A DNA stretch of 64,000 nt from an uncultured Armatimonadetes bacterium (lineage in GTDB: Bacteria; Armatimonadota; Hebobacteria; Hebobacterales; Hebobacteraceae): positions 1,024,001 through 1,088,000 of the forward strand of contig OY970296.1 of the NCBI GenBank assembly GCA_963716175.1, written 5' to 3'. Below the pieces are notes generated by a model. The model saw nothing but the letters and a program-made list of their open reading frames with translations, was not told where the DNA came from and made no database searches. Positions 40,439 through 51,395 of the stretch are shown one piece after another. Positions within the stretch are counted from its first letter, which is position 1. Every line of letters starts with the position of its first letter. A program made the translations under genes and the position numbers.

Positions 40439-41137
40439 TCAGGTCTCGCGCGGCGGGAAGTCCACCAGCCGGAAACGCTCCGACATCCAGAAGGTCTCGA
40501 CGGCGTGACGGTTGGCCCGCCTGACTCGCTCGGCCTCCGCCTCGAACTCCGCCCGAGTCCTGCCGAAGAGCGTGTGCTGGGAGACCTGTGTAGCGTTGGC
40601 GAGCAGGGAGTAGTGGTCGTAGCCAGTCACATCGAAGGTGACGATGGGGCCGACAGCGCGAACCGAGGTCTCGACTTCCTTGTAGTAGTAGAGATGGCGG
40701 ACCTGCCAGGCGTCGCCCAGATCAGCGGCGACAGGCTGCCCCGCCTGCCAGACGGCGGGGACAGTGATCTGGTAGGTGGCGACGTGGTCCGGGTTGATGC
40801 CGGCGGGGCCGTGGGTGAACACGGCGTCCGGCTTCGCCTCCCGCACGGCGCGTATGCAGTCCTTGAAGACCTGCTTGCCGTGGACAAGGCCCATGTCGGG
40901 GCAGTCGATGCGGAAGCGCTTGGTGACGCCCAGGACCTGGTCGCACTCCTCCATCTCGGCGGCGCGCATGGCAACGATACGATCTCTCCAGGCGGGATCG
41001 GGAAAGCCCTCGGAGCCGTCCGTCATGATGGCGACGAAGACCTGCACGCCGGAAGCGGCGAGTTTGGCCATGGTGCCCGCCATCTTGATCTCATCGTCTG
41101 GGTGAGCGCCGAAGACGAGGATTCGCTGGTAGTTCAT
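40439..41137 (-). CDS. PIG-L/LmbE family deacetylase
   Basis: 'GAHPDDE', 'TDGS', 'R.AE', 'NPDH'; RBS GGAGG. Confidence 0.88.
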   Translation of the reverse strand: MNYQRILVFGAHPDDEIKMAGTMAKLAASGVQVFVAIMTDGSEGFPDPAWRDRIVAMRAAEMEECDQVLGVTKRFRIDCPDMGLVHGKQVFKDCIRAVREAKPDAVFTHGPAGINPDHVATYQITVPAVWQAGQPVAADLGDAWQVRHLYYYKEVETSVRAVGPIVTFDVTGYDHYSLLANATQVSQHTLFGRTRAEFEAEAERVRRANRHAVETFWMSERFRLVDFPPRET

Positions 41138-41251
41138 AGCAATGCCTCCGCACAGGGTCGGGAGCTAGCCTTCGAGGTTCGGGGAGAGTTCCCTGTCCGT
41201 GTGCGAGCAGGCTTCGCTCCTTAGCTGCTGCCGCGGACGATGACACCGGTT

Positions 41252-41322
41252 GCGCGACCGAACCCCGGGCAGTGACTCTACGCCGAGGGGGTAGCCGGAG
41301 TCGGGGGCGCCCGGGGCCGCCA
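41252..41322 (+). repeat. hairpin repeat family R, copy 12
   Basis: CCCCGGGCAGTGACTCTACGCCGAGGGGGTAGCCGGAGTCGGGGGCGCCCGGGG. Confidence 0.82.
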
Positions 41323-41491
41323 GTCAGGGCGGTTTGGCGGCTCCAGCGACAGTCCCGTCGCGAGCTCAGGTGAACGTCGCCCTCGCACATGTAGCGCGAA
41401 ACCGTGATCTTGGGCTGCGACTACGGTCCTGCACTCAGCAATCACGAGTCAGGAGAGCGGGCGAACAGAGGATCGGCAGGTGCTTGGCAGG

Positions 41492-41677
41492 TTATGGTCT
41501 ATCCGCCAGCAGGCCTCCGCCGACACCGATGTTCTCTCGCTCGTTCTCACGAATGATCGTGATGAAGGCTTCCTTGCGGATGCCTGTCACCTTGTGCGCC
41601 ATCTCCGTGAACTGTTGGACGAGTACGGCCTTCTGCTCCTTGCTCAGCTTCCCACCGTCGAATGTGATGACTGGCAT
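41492..41677 (-). CDS. dmpI: 4-oxalocrotonate tautomerase family protein
   Basis: MPVITFDGGKLSKEQK...ENIGVGG.LL; catalytic Pro1; RBS AAGGAG. Confidence 0.9.
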   Translation of the reverse strand: MPVITFDGGKLSKEQKAVLVQQFTEMAHKVTGIRKEAFITIIRENERENIGVGGGLLADRP

Positions 41678-41914
41678 GCTGGTCTCCTTTCTGGCAGATG
41701 GTAATGTCCAAGGCAAACACGGCAGCCTTGCCCACGGCTGGCTGTCCACCCTAGCCAGATCACTGTTCGCGGTTCGACTGCGGCTTATCTTCCCTCCTGA
41801 TGCGGGGACGGTGTGCGTGCTACCGAGGCCGCGAGGGCCTCATGCCCGACGAGTCACGCCTTCTGACCCGCCCGACTAGATAGAGGCCCGTCTGCCCGCG
41901 CCGCGAACGGCTCT

Positions 41915-42979
41915 TCAGCGTCCTGTTCCCCCGCTCAGCAAGTCTGCTGCCGCCAGCACGCAGAAGATATACGTCGCCGCGCCGGCGATCACATCCTCCG
42001 ACTGCTGCCAGAGATACGGATAGTTCGCCTTGTACTCCGGAAAATCCGGCCGGATCAGCGCCACGCCCGACACGACTGCGCCCGGTATGTAGTACCAGTG
42101 TGCCCGCAGATAGCTGTACTCGCACGTCACCGAGTGCGCCCCGACCCCGCAGGCAAAGGAGATGTTCGATCCCGGGTGGCAGCCCAGCACGTAGTTGAGC
42201 GATGCCAGCACGTGCTCCCGGTCGAACAGATCCGGGTAGGCCTTCACCAGGTAGTACTGCTCGACCGCGTAGCGCTGGATGTCCCAGCCCGCGCCCCAGA
42301 TGTGCGGGCGCCAGGGCACGCCATAGGGGTTCTTCGCCAGTTCTTCCTTCAGCGCCGACGCGTACTCCTCTAGCGCGCGCCGCACCGCCGTCGCGAAGCC
42401 ATCGTCCTTCACCAGCGGCGCCGCCCGCGCCACTGCCCATCCGCACGCGCCCGTGCCGTGCGAGAAGCGCGCGATGTTCTTCTCGACCTCCGGTAGTAGC
42501 TCCACCAGGCGCTGCCGGTACCGCTCCTCGCCGGTCGTGATCAGCAGCTCCGCCGTCGCCAGTACCTCCTGCGCCTCCGCCTCTCGCGGCACGTAGGTGC
42601 TGTGCAGTTCCACCGGCGGGTGGCCCTGTTCGTACTCCCACGCCTTCGCGGCCGTCTCCAGGCACTCCCGCGCCAGCGCCTCCTCGTAGCCCCCCAGCAC
42701 CCGGCTCGCGGCCGCCAGTGCCGCCGCCACCTTGTACTCCAATCCCGTGTCCCGGCTGGTGAAGGCCCAGCGATCATCCATCTTCCCTGACCGCTCGCCC
42801 GCGACCTCATTGGGCTTCAGCGTTGCGTCGTAGATGCGATTATCAGTCACGCTCGCCCAGTCGCCCGAGATCCGCTGCGCCTGGCTGCTGTGAATGATGC
42901 CCGAGAAGCTGTGCCCCGCCACCCGATACCCGCCCAGCATGTTCTCCACGCCGTGCAGAGAGTTGCTGGCCATGACCAA
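41915..42979 (-). pseudogene. 5'-truncated glycoside hydrolase family 9-like gene
   Basis: C-terminal catalytic-domain features ('LNYVLGCHP', 'PGAVVSG', 'QSEDVI'); no N-terminus; IS256 lies just upstream. Confidence 0.7.
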
Positions 42980-43211
42980 GCTGCGCCCTCCATTCTGCAG
43001 TTAGCCACTGGCGCCGCAGCTTCCCTGTGGGCCGCGCGCGGGACGCGCCTCCACAAGGAACAGCAGCGCTACCAGCGAGGACACCAGAAATGAAAGAACT
43101 AGTACGGCTAGGGTCCCTATCATCACCCTGTTGAGGACAATTGTCTGTCTCCAGCCAGGAAGGCCACAACCGTCGCAGGAGCGCAAACGTTAGCGCGAGT
43201 CCAGCGACGCT

Positions 43212-44133
43212 GGATGGTGTCCCGTTCATAGTTGAAGGTTGAGGCGGCTCTCTCCAGCCCGGTTCTGATAGAATCGGGTAACCCAAAGCTTGAAAAGGAG
43301 AGAACCGCCGTGAGAAGAGAGTATCAGGTTGTGGGTCGCAAGGGTAGTGCCGCGCTGCGCCAGTTTCTGGCGAGGGAGGGGGCGGCGCTGGTGCCGATGA
43401 TGGAACTGCTGGAGGCGGGGCAACTCGCCGTGGAAGAGCTAGTGGGGGAGATGGGAAAGGCGGCGCTGGAGGCGGTGCTGCTGATCTCAGCCGAAGAGGT
43501 GGCGGGGCCGGCGCATCCGGGCCGGCCGGGCGGGGTGATCCGGCGCCATGGCGAGCAAGGCGGGATAGTCGCGCTGGGGGGCCAGAAGGTGCGGGTGAGC
43601 AAGCCGCGGTTGCGCCGGAAGGGCGGCGGGGAGGGGGCTGAGGTGGCGGTGCCGGCTTATGCCGCGATGCAGTCCGATGAGAGGCTGCGGGAGCGGATGC
43701 TGTCGATTGTGATGCGAGGGGTGAGCACGCGCCATTACCAGGAGGTGGTGCCGGAGCTGGCGGAGCGCTGCGGGGTATCGCGCTCGGCGGTGAGCCGGCA
43801 GCTGCAAGAGGCGAGTGCGGAGGCGCTGCGGGAGCTGTGCGAGCGGCGCTTCGATGACCTTGACCTGTTGGTGATCTACCTGGACGGCAAGCACTTCGGG
43901 GGCCACCAGGTGGTGAGTGCCATCGGAGTGGACGCAGCGGGCTGCAAACACGTCCTGGGCCTCACCGAGGGGGCCACGGAGAACGCGGTGGTAGTGAAGG
44001 GACTGCTGGAGGAGCTGGTGGAGCGAGGGGTGCGCCCGGAGCGCAGACGGCTGTTGGTGATTGATGGCTCGAAGGCGTTGCGCAAGGCGATTGATGATGT
44101 CTTCGGCAAGCAGCATCCAGTGCAGCGCTGCCT
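43212..44133 (+). mobile_element. IS256-family element, 3'-truncated (left TIR + N-terminal part of the transposase)
   Basis: 'GVSTR', 'GVSRSAVSR', 'IYLDG', 'IDGSKAL', 'VQRC', then similarity is lost. Confidence 0.88.
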
Positions 44134-44829
44134 ATCTCGGTGGCGGTCGCTTTCCACGAAGAGGCGGATACCAGCAGGCCCCGTCACCGCGCTGCTCGCA
44201 CTTCGCGAGATCGTCGCCCAGCGCTATCCCATGCTCGGCGCAACACGGGAAGCCAAGTCGGTCCTTCGTGATGTGGGAACAGCGTTGGTGCTGCTTCCTG
44301 TCTTCTGTCCGCATATCCGCTCCACGCGACTACCCGAGCAGGAACGGCTCACCCCTAACACAGGAAGGTAACTCAGCAGGAACGCTCGCGGGGGCTGCCC
44401 GCTCCCCTCGGATCGCCTCACTTCGTTCTCCGACCGCGCAGTATGGTCCTGCCATGAAAACAACCGCGACGCCGAGGCACAGAGCAAAGCCCTACGCCAG
44501 GAGAAGGTGCGCTTTTCCCATGCAAGGGCTACGACTGGAGCGGCTATCACGACGTGATGGCCGTTCCCATCTCTTCGACTTCGCGGCAGCAGGTTAGGCC
44601 CGGTCTTCGAGGCGGGCCTTCCGGCTCCCTGTCGGTTGAAGACTACCGAATGGGAGGCGCTTCGAGAGGATCTCTCTGGCGGGAGTGGCAGAGGCGCTTA
44701 GGACTCACGAGGAGCTGAGGTCTACTAGGCAAGAGACGGGGTGCCCGCTGAAGGAGTCCCTTCTCACAAACCGGTCTGCCTGTGGAACAACCATAGAAGC
44801 AGTTGCTGTAGACAAAGGCCTGATAGCCC

Positions 44830-45054
44830 ATGGAGTGGACACTGTTGGGGGCGGGTAGTGCTGCCGCCGGGATAGCCTTCGCCATCAAGGGGCTTGAAGA
44901 GCTGTTCCTAGCCGGTCGTACCTATCCTGCCGGCAAGGTGGAACCACTCGCGCTGACTAGGCTGCGTCTGAGGGCGGATTGGCTCTTCAGAGGGGCGCTG
45001 GTCCTGGGCGTCCTCGCGATGTGCCTCTCCCTCGCTGCCAGGCTTACCCACTAG
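44830..45054 (+). CDS. small membrane protein
   Basis: 74 aa, two hydrophobic segments. Confidence 0.45.
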   Translation: MEWTLLGAGSAAAGIAFAIKGLEELFLAGRTYPAGKVEPLALTRLRLRADWLFRGALVLGVLAMCLSLAARLTH

Positions 45055-45187
45055 CGACCAACAGCTCCTATACCGAATGGCGGCCCGTAAGGCATAGCCT
45101 GCGAGTTGCTCCCGCTCGGAAATGAGATGCGCCCCGAAGGTGTCTCCAGGTCCCCACCGTCGGGGCGCAAGCACTACTGCCAGAAGG

Positions 45188-45430
45188 TCACTCGGGGTTC
45201 AGTTCTAGCGGAAGTCCAGGACAAGATGGAACAACCCACTCAGCAGGATGCACACCGGGCCGAGCATGGCAGCCGCGATCAACGGCTTCCGCGCGCACCA
45301 ACAGCGCCTTGACTTTCGGCCACCAGCTAGGCTCAGGCGTGAAAGGATTGGTACCCGGCAGCCAGGCCGTTACACCAATGGCCGTCAGGGCACAGCCAGC
45401 CGTCAGCAGCCACAACGTTGCCGTCTCCAT
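45188..45430 (-). CDS. small hypothetical membrane protein, possibly degenerate
   Basis: RBS GGGGAG and ATG; N-terminal TM. Confidence 0.35.
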   Translation of the reverse strand: METATLWLLTAGCALTAIGVTAWLPGTNPFTPEPSWWPKVKALLVRAEAVDRGCHARPGVHPAEWVVPSCPGLPLELNPE

Positions 45431-45677
45431 GATGCTCCCCTCCCCTCTCTCTAGTCTGACGCCACCACCGTTAGCTGCCTCAAGGTGACGTAGTCTACCA
45501 CCTATGTGCTATCTTGACTACCAGCCAACAGTAAAAGACTACCCTTTTCGTGCGGTGGACCAAACAAGCCAGCCACGGCTCACAGGCTGCCTGCGTGCGT
45601 CCCTGGAAGCTATCAGGGAAGATTGGCCAGCGCCAATCCCAGTTCGGCCTCTCGGCCAATGCTGCCTCGCGGCATCC

Positions 45678-46034
45678 TCATCGCCACCGCCGGACTGCTA
45701 GGAGAGCAGTTATCGCCAGGGCGGCCGTCAGGACATCCGCCCACCAGGGCCCGGACCACCATACACCGAGGGTCGCCACCACGACCGCGCCAAGGGCTAC
45801 CCGCCTGCATCCAACGACAGACGGGTCCAGTGGCTGCTCGCTCGGCGTGCGCGCTATCAGGATCGTCGTCAGTGCAATGACGACCCACCCGGCTGCGAAG
45901 ACGCAAAGGTAGAACAGGAAAGAGGGGAATGGAGTCAATCCAGGGAAGCATGGGCTGCAGAATATGAGAGAGCCTAAGGCTAGCAGCAGAGCTGCCGCCA
46001 GGAGTATCGTGAGTGCTCCGAGTCTGTTTCCCAA
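45678..46034 (-). CDS. hypothetical membrane protein (about 4 TM)
   Basis: 118 aa, strongly hydrophobic; TTG start with RBS. Confidence 0.5.
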   Translation of the reverse strand: MGNRLGALTILLAAALLLALGSLIFCSPCFPGLTPFPSFLFYLCVFAAGWVVIALTTILIARTPSEQPLDPSVVGCRRVALGAVVVATLGVWWSGPWWADVLTAALAITALLAVRRWR

Positions 46035-46685
46035 GTTGACCGAGCTCCCCTCTCTCGCGGCGTGCGCAACACCGACCGCAACTGCCAGGAATGTCCACCG
46101 CGCAGACTAAACGCGACTCCATGCCTGTAAGCCCGACCTCGGCCTGAGTATTCGGGGCGGCCACGTGTTCCCATGCCCGCCGGCTAACGAATCTCTGGTC
46201 TTACGGTTATGTTGTCCAAGGCCCCAGGATGCCTCTGGGCGTGTCCTGAGCCTTCGTCTCAGCTTGCTTGCCTAACCACTGCACAAGATACTCTTTAGAC
46301 CACCGCTGCGATAGTCTATGGAAACCAGAATCCGCTCCCCGGCAGGCCTAAGCGACGTTCGGGAGCAGGTCGGAGTCTAGCAGCCCAGGGGCACCTCTGT
46401 CAAGAGGTCGGAGGGCTGGCAATCGCTAGCACTGCTCGGAGGCAAACGCTGATTGGCAGAGAGAACCTCATGTGCCGTGTCTCGCCGCGGCGTCCAAGCA
46501 CGGGCTGTAGTGTATCTCAGAGTCGCCGCACAGCTGTCGGCTCCTCTCTGACGCCGGCAGCAGCGATGGCAGGCGGCCGTGGGATGAGGAGGCGCTCCTC
46601 CTTTACTGGGAAAGTGCCGAACGGCAACACCCCGGGGGCCTCGGCAGCCCGGCTCTGGATTCGCTTACACAGCCGGTATAAAGGC

Positions 46686-46722
46686 GAGCCCCACGGGACC
46701 ATGAACCGCGGGGCTCTGTTTT
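46686..46722 (+). terminator. putative intrinsic terminator
   Basis: GAGCCCCACGG...CCGCGGGGCTC followed by TGTTTT. Confidence 0.45.
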
Positions 46723-47443
46723 GGATGGTGTCCCGTTCATAGTTGAAGGTTGAGGCGGCTCTCTCCAGCCCGGTTCTGATAGAATCGGGTAACCCAAAGC
46801 TTGAAAAGGAGAGAACCGCCGTGAGAAGAGAGTATCAGGTTGTGGGTCGCAAGGGTAGTGCCGCGCTGCGCCAGTTTCTGGCGAGGGAGGGGGCGGCGCT
46901 GGTGCCGATGATGGAACTGCTGGAGGCGGGGCAACTCGCCGTGGAAGAGCTAGTGGGGGAGATGGGAAAGGCGGCGCTGCGGGCGGCGTGGAAGCTGGAG
47001 CCCAAGGAAGGGATGGCGCGGCTGCACACCCAGATCGAGTGGCTGGAGCGAACTCATCCCAAGGCCGCGGCCAGCCTGCGGGAGGGCTTGGAGGAGACCT
47101 TCACCATCGCCCGACTGGGGCTGTCGCCGATGCTGCGCACCTGCCTGACCACCACCAACATCATCGAGAGCTCGCTCTCGGGGGTGGAGGGTCGCACCGG
47201 CCGCGTCACCCGCTGGCGCTCGGGAGAGATGGCCTTGCGCTGGGCCGGGGCGGCCGCGCTGGAGACCGAGCGCAGCTTCCGCAAGATCATGGGGCACAAG
47301 GGCCTCTGGATGCTGAAGGCCGTGCTGGACGAAGGCCAGTCGCTTAGCGACCGGTCGCAGATCTCAGTTGACGAGGGCCGTGTCGCGGCCTAAGATACGC
47401 GAGAGGGACCGCCCAACCTTACACTACGGGCGGGACATAATCC
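46723..47443 (+). mobile_element. internally deleted IS256 (both TIRs, 721 bp)
   Basis: Left TIR GGATGGTGTCCCGTTCATAGTTGAAGGTTG; right TIR reverse complement GGATTATGTCCCGCCCGTAGTGTAAGGTTG; N-terminus fused in frame to the C-terminus ('TTNIIES'). Confidence 0.88.
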
Positions 47444-47583
47444 TGCCATCGGCCCTCAGCGATTCCTCCATCTCCCTGCTCCTTTCTCGCTTGTACATTT
47501 CGCCGCCCAGGAGCAGGAACACCGACTCAGATCAGCTCACCCTGTAGCTTGGCCTTTGTCCCAGAATCGCTGACGACGTACAT

Positions 47584-47712
47584 GGGATTCGAATCCACCA
47601 GAGGCGTCTGGGTGCGTCCTAGACTGATCTGGGACGATTTCGCCTATCTGGCGGAGCAATGTATGACAAAGATAATAAAGCCGTGAGCGCCGATCTCGCG
47701 GCGGATCCTACA
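47584..47712 (-). other. hybrid att-like junction (left arm as at 63878-63950, core TGGCGGAG, right arm as at 1267-1331)
   Basis: 63/73 identity to 63878-63950 counted by hand; about 80% to 1267-1331. Confidence 0.75.
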
Positions 47713-48216
47713 CATCCGGTAGCAGGCAAGAGACGGCATCGGAGCAGCTCCAGGGCCTCTCGATGGCCTTCTTGCTCTCATGGGCTGCGGCCCTTTGGCA
47801 GCGAAAAGTACACCTACACGAGAGAGCTACCTAGCGTTAACTGACTGCCGCTGCGGGATGGACACCTGCACTTTGGGCGTGATGTACCAAGACTGATCTG
47901 GGGGTTTCTTCGGCAGGTTTGGAGCGGGATCCGCCCTCTCGCATGGTTGGTTGATGAGGTTTCGGCGGACTCGCACATCGCCGGAGTCCGCTATGCGGAG
48001 CCGAGAAGGCCACGCCAGGCGCGAAATCGATCCCGAGGATGCCAGGAACCGAGGTCAGTGGCTGCCTGGATTCCTCAGATTAGTTCTGGTACACTTCGGG
48101 TCCCAGCTAGGCATCTGTCGGATCTCGTGCCTGCCACTTCGCTGCTGGTCCGCTTTCCGCTGGAGCTCCCTGAACCACAGGGCCTCGCTGAGACGGTTCG
48201 ATCGCCGCTCGACATC

Positions 48217-48292
48217 CACAGGGGAGCTCAGATGGTAGAGCGCGGGACTGAAAATCCCGGCGTTCCCAGTTCGACTCTGGGACCCGGCACCA
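48217..48292 (+). pseudogene. tRNA-Phe(GAA) pseudogene with a broken acceptor stem
   Basis: Intact D-arm, anticodon arm CGGGA-CTGAAAA-TCCCG, T-arm and CCA; 5' strand CACAGGG pairs only 3/7 with ACCCGGC; G instead of U8. Confidence 0.75.
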
Positions 48293-48530
48293 AGGAGTGA
48301 GGCGACGGCGAGAGCCGTCACCTTTCATCTCCCGTCGGCTCCCGCGGTGCTACCATCGCCAGTATCGGCATAGCGCTTCCGGACCGGGGCCGCTCGTGAA
48401 GGTTGCAGGTCTGGGGTGGGGAACTGATACACGAGGGCCCCGAGCCCTGTCCGCCGCCAGTTCGGCATCTGCAAGTGGGAGGCCATCGTGCCGAGGAGTC
48501 GGCTGCTGGACAGCAACGAAGGGAGGCGCG

Positions 48531-51395
48531 ATGGGCCGCACAGGCCGGAGGCGTTCCCAGACCGCGGTAGTCGTCGCCATCCTCATCTGGATGCTGGGCC
48601 CCGTGTACCCGCAACAGCAATCGACCGTTAGCCTTGCCGACTGGGAGGCGCACCGCTTCCCGGTGACCCACCCGGCGACGGTCATCAAGCCCGCCGATCT
48701 GGCGCGGGCCAGAAAGAATGTAGCCAGGTACACATGGGCGCGAGGCTATGTGGAATCTGCGCGCCGCCGCGCAGACGCGATCCTTCCCAGCATCACTCCC
48801 GAGTACCTCGTCACCATGGTCGAACGCACTACTCCCGGGGGCACGGCGCCCTGCCCCGCGTGCCGGGCCAAGGGCCTCCCCTGGCACCCCAATGGCCAGT
48901 GGTCGTGGTCACCGGACAAGCCGGACCAGCTCACCTGCCAGGTCTGCGGGACCGTATTCCCGAACCCTGAGTTTCCGGAGAGCATCGTTCTGCAGAGCAC
49001 GTGGGACCCGGAGCAGAAGTTCAGCTTCGTCGGCGGCGAGCCGTTCCTCTGCTTCGGCTACGCCTCCCGCCCGAGTCTCACCGGCATCATCCGCGCCCGC
49101 AAGCTCGACTACGTCACCGACCAGCTGAGCACGTTGGCCCAGGCCTATGCGCTGACCGAGGACGCCAGGTACGCGCGTGGCGCCAGGGCCATCCTGCTGC
49201 GATTCGCAGAGGTGCTGCCGAAGTACCTGGTGCGCGCTGGCTACACGTACGGCGAGTACGCCGATACGGACCCACATGTGGCCGCCGCAGGCATCGACGA
49301 TCTATCCAACGACGAACTGGTCTACCCGCCTAACGTTCCGGACCGAAAGCTTCACACCGGGTACTGGTCGGCGAGCCGGGTGGGCACCTCCGGCATGGAC
49401 GGCTGGTGGGTCTCCACCGTCACGCAGGCCTATGACCTGGTGTGTTCGGCACGGCAACAGGGCACGCCGGTCTTCTCCGAGGCCGACCGGTACCGCGTCG
49501 AGCGAGATGTGCTCTTCGAGAGCGCGTACCTCGCTGCGTGCGACCCCAGCATCAACAACAAGTCGGTGGGTAACCGCGCCGGAGCCGCCATGGTCGGCAT
49601 GTGCACCGGCTACCCGCCACTGGTGCACTTCGGGCTGGATGGCTTCCGCAAGACCGTTGATGGCTGGTTCCTGCCCGACGGCGGAACGTCGGAGTCTCCC
49701 GCCTATGCCATGATGACCATGAGCGGCATCGAGGGCTTCGGCCTCATGTTCCGCGACTACTCGGACCCGCCCGGCTACGTGCCCGAGGCTGGGACGACGC
49801 GGCTGGAGCACTTCGACGCCTGCCGCGACACGCGCTATGGTGACTGCTGGCAAGGCCTGCTCTGGACATTGCAAGGGGATCTGCACTGGCCGCCTTCGGC
49901 CGACTCCTACCGCAGCACGGCACTGGACGCGAACTACGCGGAGCTGATCGCGGCCGAGTACCCCACCGAGGAGCACGTCGCACTCCTGCAGGAAGTCGCG
50001 GGCAGAGATCTTGCCGGCGGATCGCCGGAGCGCGCGATCTTCTACCGGGAGCCGGGGCTGGAATCCCGCCAAGTGAAGCCGTTCGCGCTACCCGACATCG
50101 TCTTCCCGTTCCTCGCCCAGGGATACCTGCGGACTGGAGCGGATGGCCGCGACGGCCTAGCGTTGCTAAACGCGAGCGATTTCGGTAACCACCACCACCT
50201 CGACAGCCTGGACCTCTACTACTGGAAGGATGGCCACGAGCTTCTCTCCGACCTGGGGTACCTGTGGGACCACCCGGACTCCTACCAGACTCGCAAGACC
50301 CTCTCTCACAACACAGTGTTGGTACACGGCGCCGATCAGAAGGACAAGGGCCGGGGCGGAAGCTTCCACCTGTTCGCCGTCACCCCAGAGGTCAAGGTCA
50401 TGGAAGCCTCCTCGCGAGCCTACGAGTCGGCGAGCGTCTACCGGCGCACGTGCGTGCAGGTGGACCACGGGGCTGCGGGCTCGTATCTGCTGGACGTCTT
50501 CCGCGTCGAGGGCGGCGGGAAGCGGCAGTACGTCTTCCACGGCCCGGGGACCCACTATCGGATTGCTGGTCTGCGCCTCGTGCCCGCGGCGGACTCCCCG
50601 GGCCTGCAGCTGGAGAACCTGCGCCAGGCTTCGGGCGTCGAGCCATGGCAGCTCACTTGGACCCTGAGCGAGGGCTATACCTTCACCGCCTTCGCACCCG
50701 GCGATCCAGGAGAGACCGTGCTGCTCGGCGACGGCTGGGGCCAGCGCGACCATCGGAACACCGATCGTGGGGCGACGCTGCCGTACGTCGTCCGCACCCG
50801 TGAGGGGCCGGGGCTGGACCAGTTCGTCGCCGTGTTCGCGGGCGCTGCTCAGGGCCGAGCGCTCGTGAATGCCGTGCGCCTCCTGACGCTCCCGCCGGAT
50901 GCGCCGCGGGACGCCGTCGCGGTGGAGGTCGAGACAACCGCGGGGTCAGACCTGATCGTCTCGATGCTCACGCCGGCACCGCTTATCCTGTCCACCTCAC
51001 TCGGCGAGGTGAAGACTGATGGCCGCCTGGCGGCAGTGCTGGGCGTGGCGGGCAAGCCCACCGCGGCCTGCCTGGTAGGCGGCACAGAGCTCTCTGCCAG
51101 CGCGGCGATCATCACCTCCCCGGCGGCCCGCTACACGGGGAAGGTCCTCGGGAACGCCAGTGGGCGTGGCGAGTCCCATTACGTGTTGCAGGGGCACCTG
51201 AGCGGAGATCAGAGCCTAGTCGGACAGACGCTCTTGATCCAGGACGGAGCCACCACTCGCGCTTACCCGATCCGCGGCATCCATGTTGAGAATGGACGGG
51301 CGACGGTCTACACCAAACGCGACGGCGTCGGCTTCGAGGCGCGTTCCGGTGCCACCTGGGAGTTCGTCACGGTCGGGTCCTGGAAGCAGCGTTGA
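48531..51395 (+). CDS. secreted heparinase II/III-like polysaccharide lyase
   Basis: 'DGGTSESPAY', 'NHHHLDSL', 'DLGY', 'SHNTVLV'; N-terminal CPAC/CQVC; RBS GGAGG. Confidence 0.85.
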   Translation: MGRTGRRRSQTAVVVAILIWMLGPVYPQQQSTVSLADWEAHRFPVTHPATVIKPADLARARKNVARYTWARGYVESARRRADAILPSITPEYLVTMVERTTPGGTAPCPACRAKGLPWHPNGQWSWSPDKPDQLTCQVCGTVFPNPEFPESIVLQSTWDPEQKFSFVGGEPFLCFGYASRPSLTGIIRARKLDYVTDQLSTLAQAYALTEDARYARGARAILLRFAEVLPKYLVRAGYTYGEYADTDPHVAAAGIDDLSNDELVYPPNVPDRKLHTGYWSASRVGTSGMDGWWVSTVTQAYDLVCSARQQGTPVFSEADRYRVERDVLFESAYLAACDPSINNKSVGNRAGAAMVGMCTGYPPLVHFGLDGFRKTVDGWFLPDGGTSESPAYAMMTMSGIEGFGLMFRDYSDPPGYVPEAGTTRLEHFDACRDTRYGDCWQGLLWTLQGDLHWPPSADSYRSTALDANYAELIAAEYPTEEHVALLQEVAGRDLAGGSPERAIFYREPGLESRQVKPFALPDIVFPFLAQGYLRTGADGRDGLALLNASDFGNHHHLDSLDLYYWKDGHELLSDLGYLWDHPDSYQTRKTLSHNTVLVHGADQKDKGRGGSFHLFAVTPEVKVMEASSRAYESASVYRRTCVQVDHGAAGSYLLDVFRVEGGGKRQYVFHGPGTHYRIAGLRLVPAADSPGLQLENLRQASGVEPWQLTWTLSEGYTFTAFAPGDPGETVLLGDGWGQRDHRNTDRGATLPYVVRTREGPGLDQFVAVFAGAAQGRALVNAVRLLTLPPDAPRDAVAVEVETTAGSDLIVSMLTPAPLILSTSLGEVKTDGRLAAVLGVAGKPTAACLVGGTELSASAAIITSPAARYTGKVLGNASGRGESHYVLQGHLSGDQSLVGQTLLIQDGATTRAYPIRGIHVENGRATVYTKRDGVGFEARSGATWEFVTVGSWKQR

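Noticed and set aside
47620-47632. CTGATCTGG resembling a TPP riboswitch segment
   Set aside because: No upstream GCTGAGA motif or P-stems; better explained as an att arm
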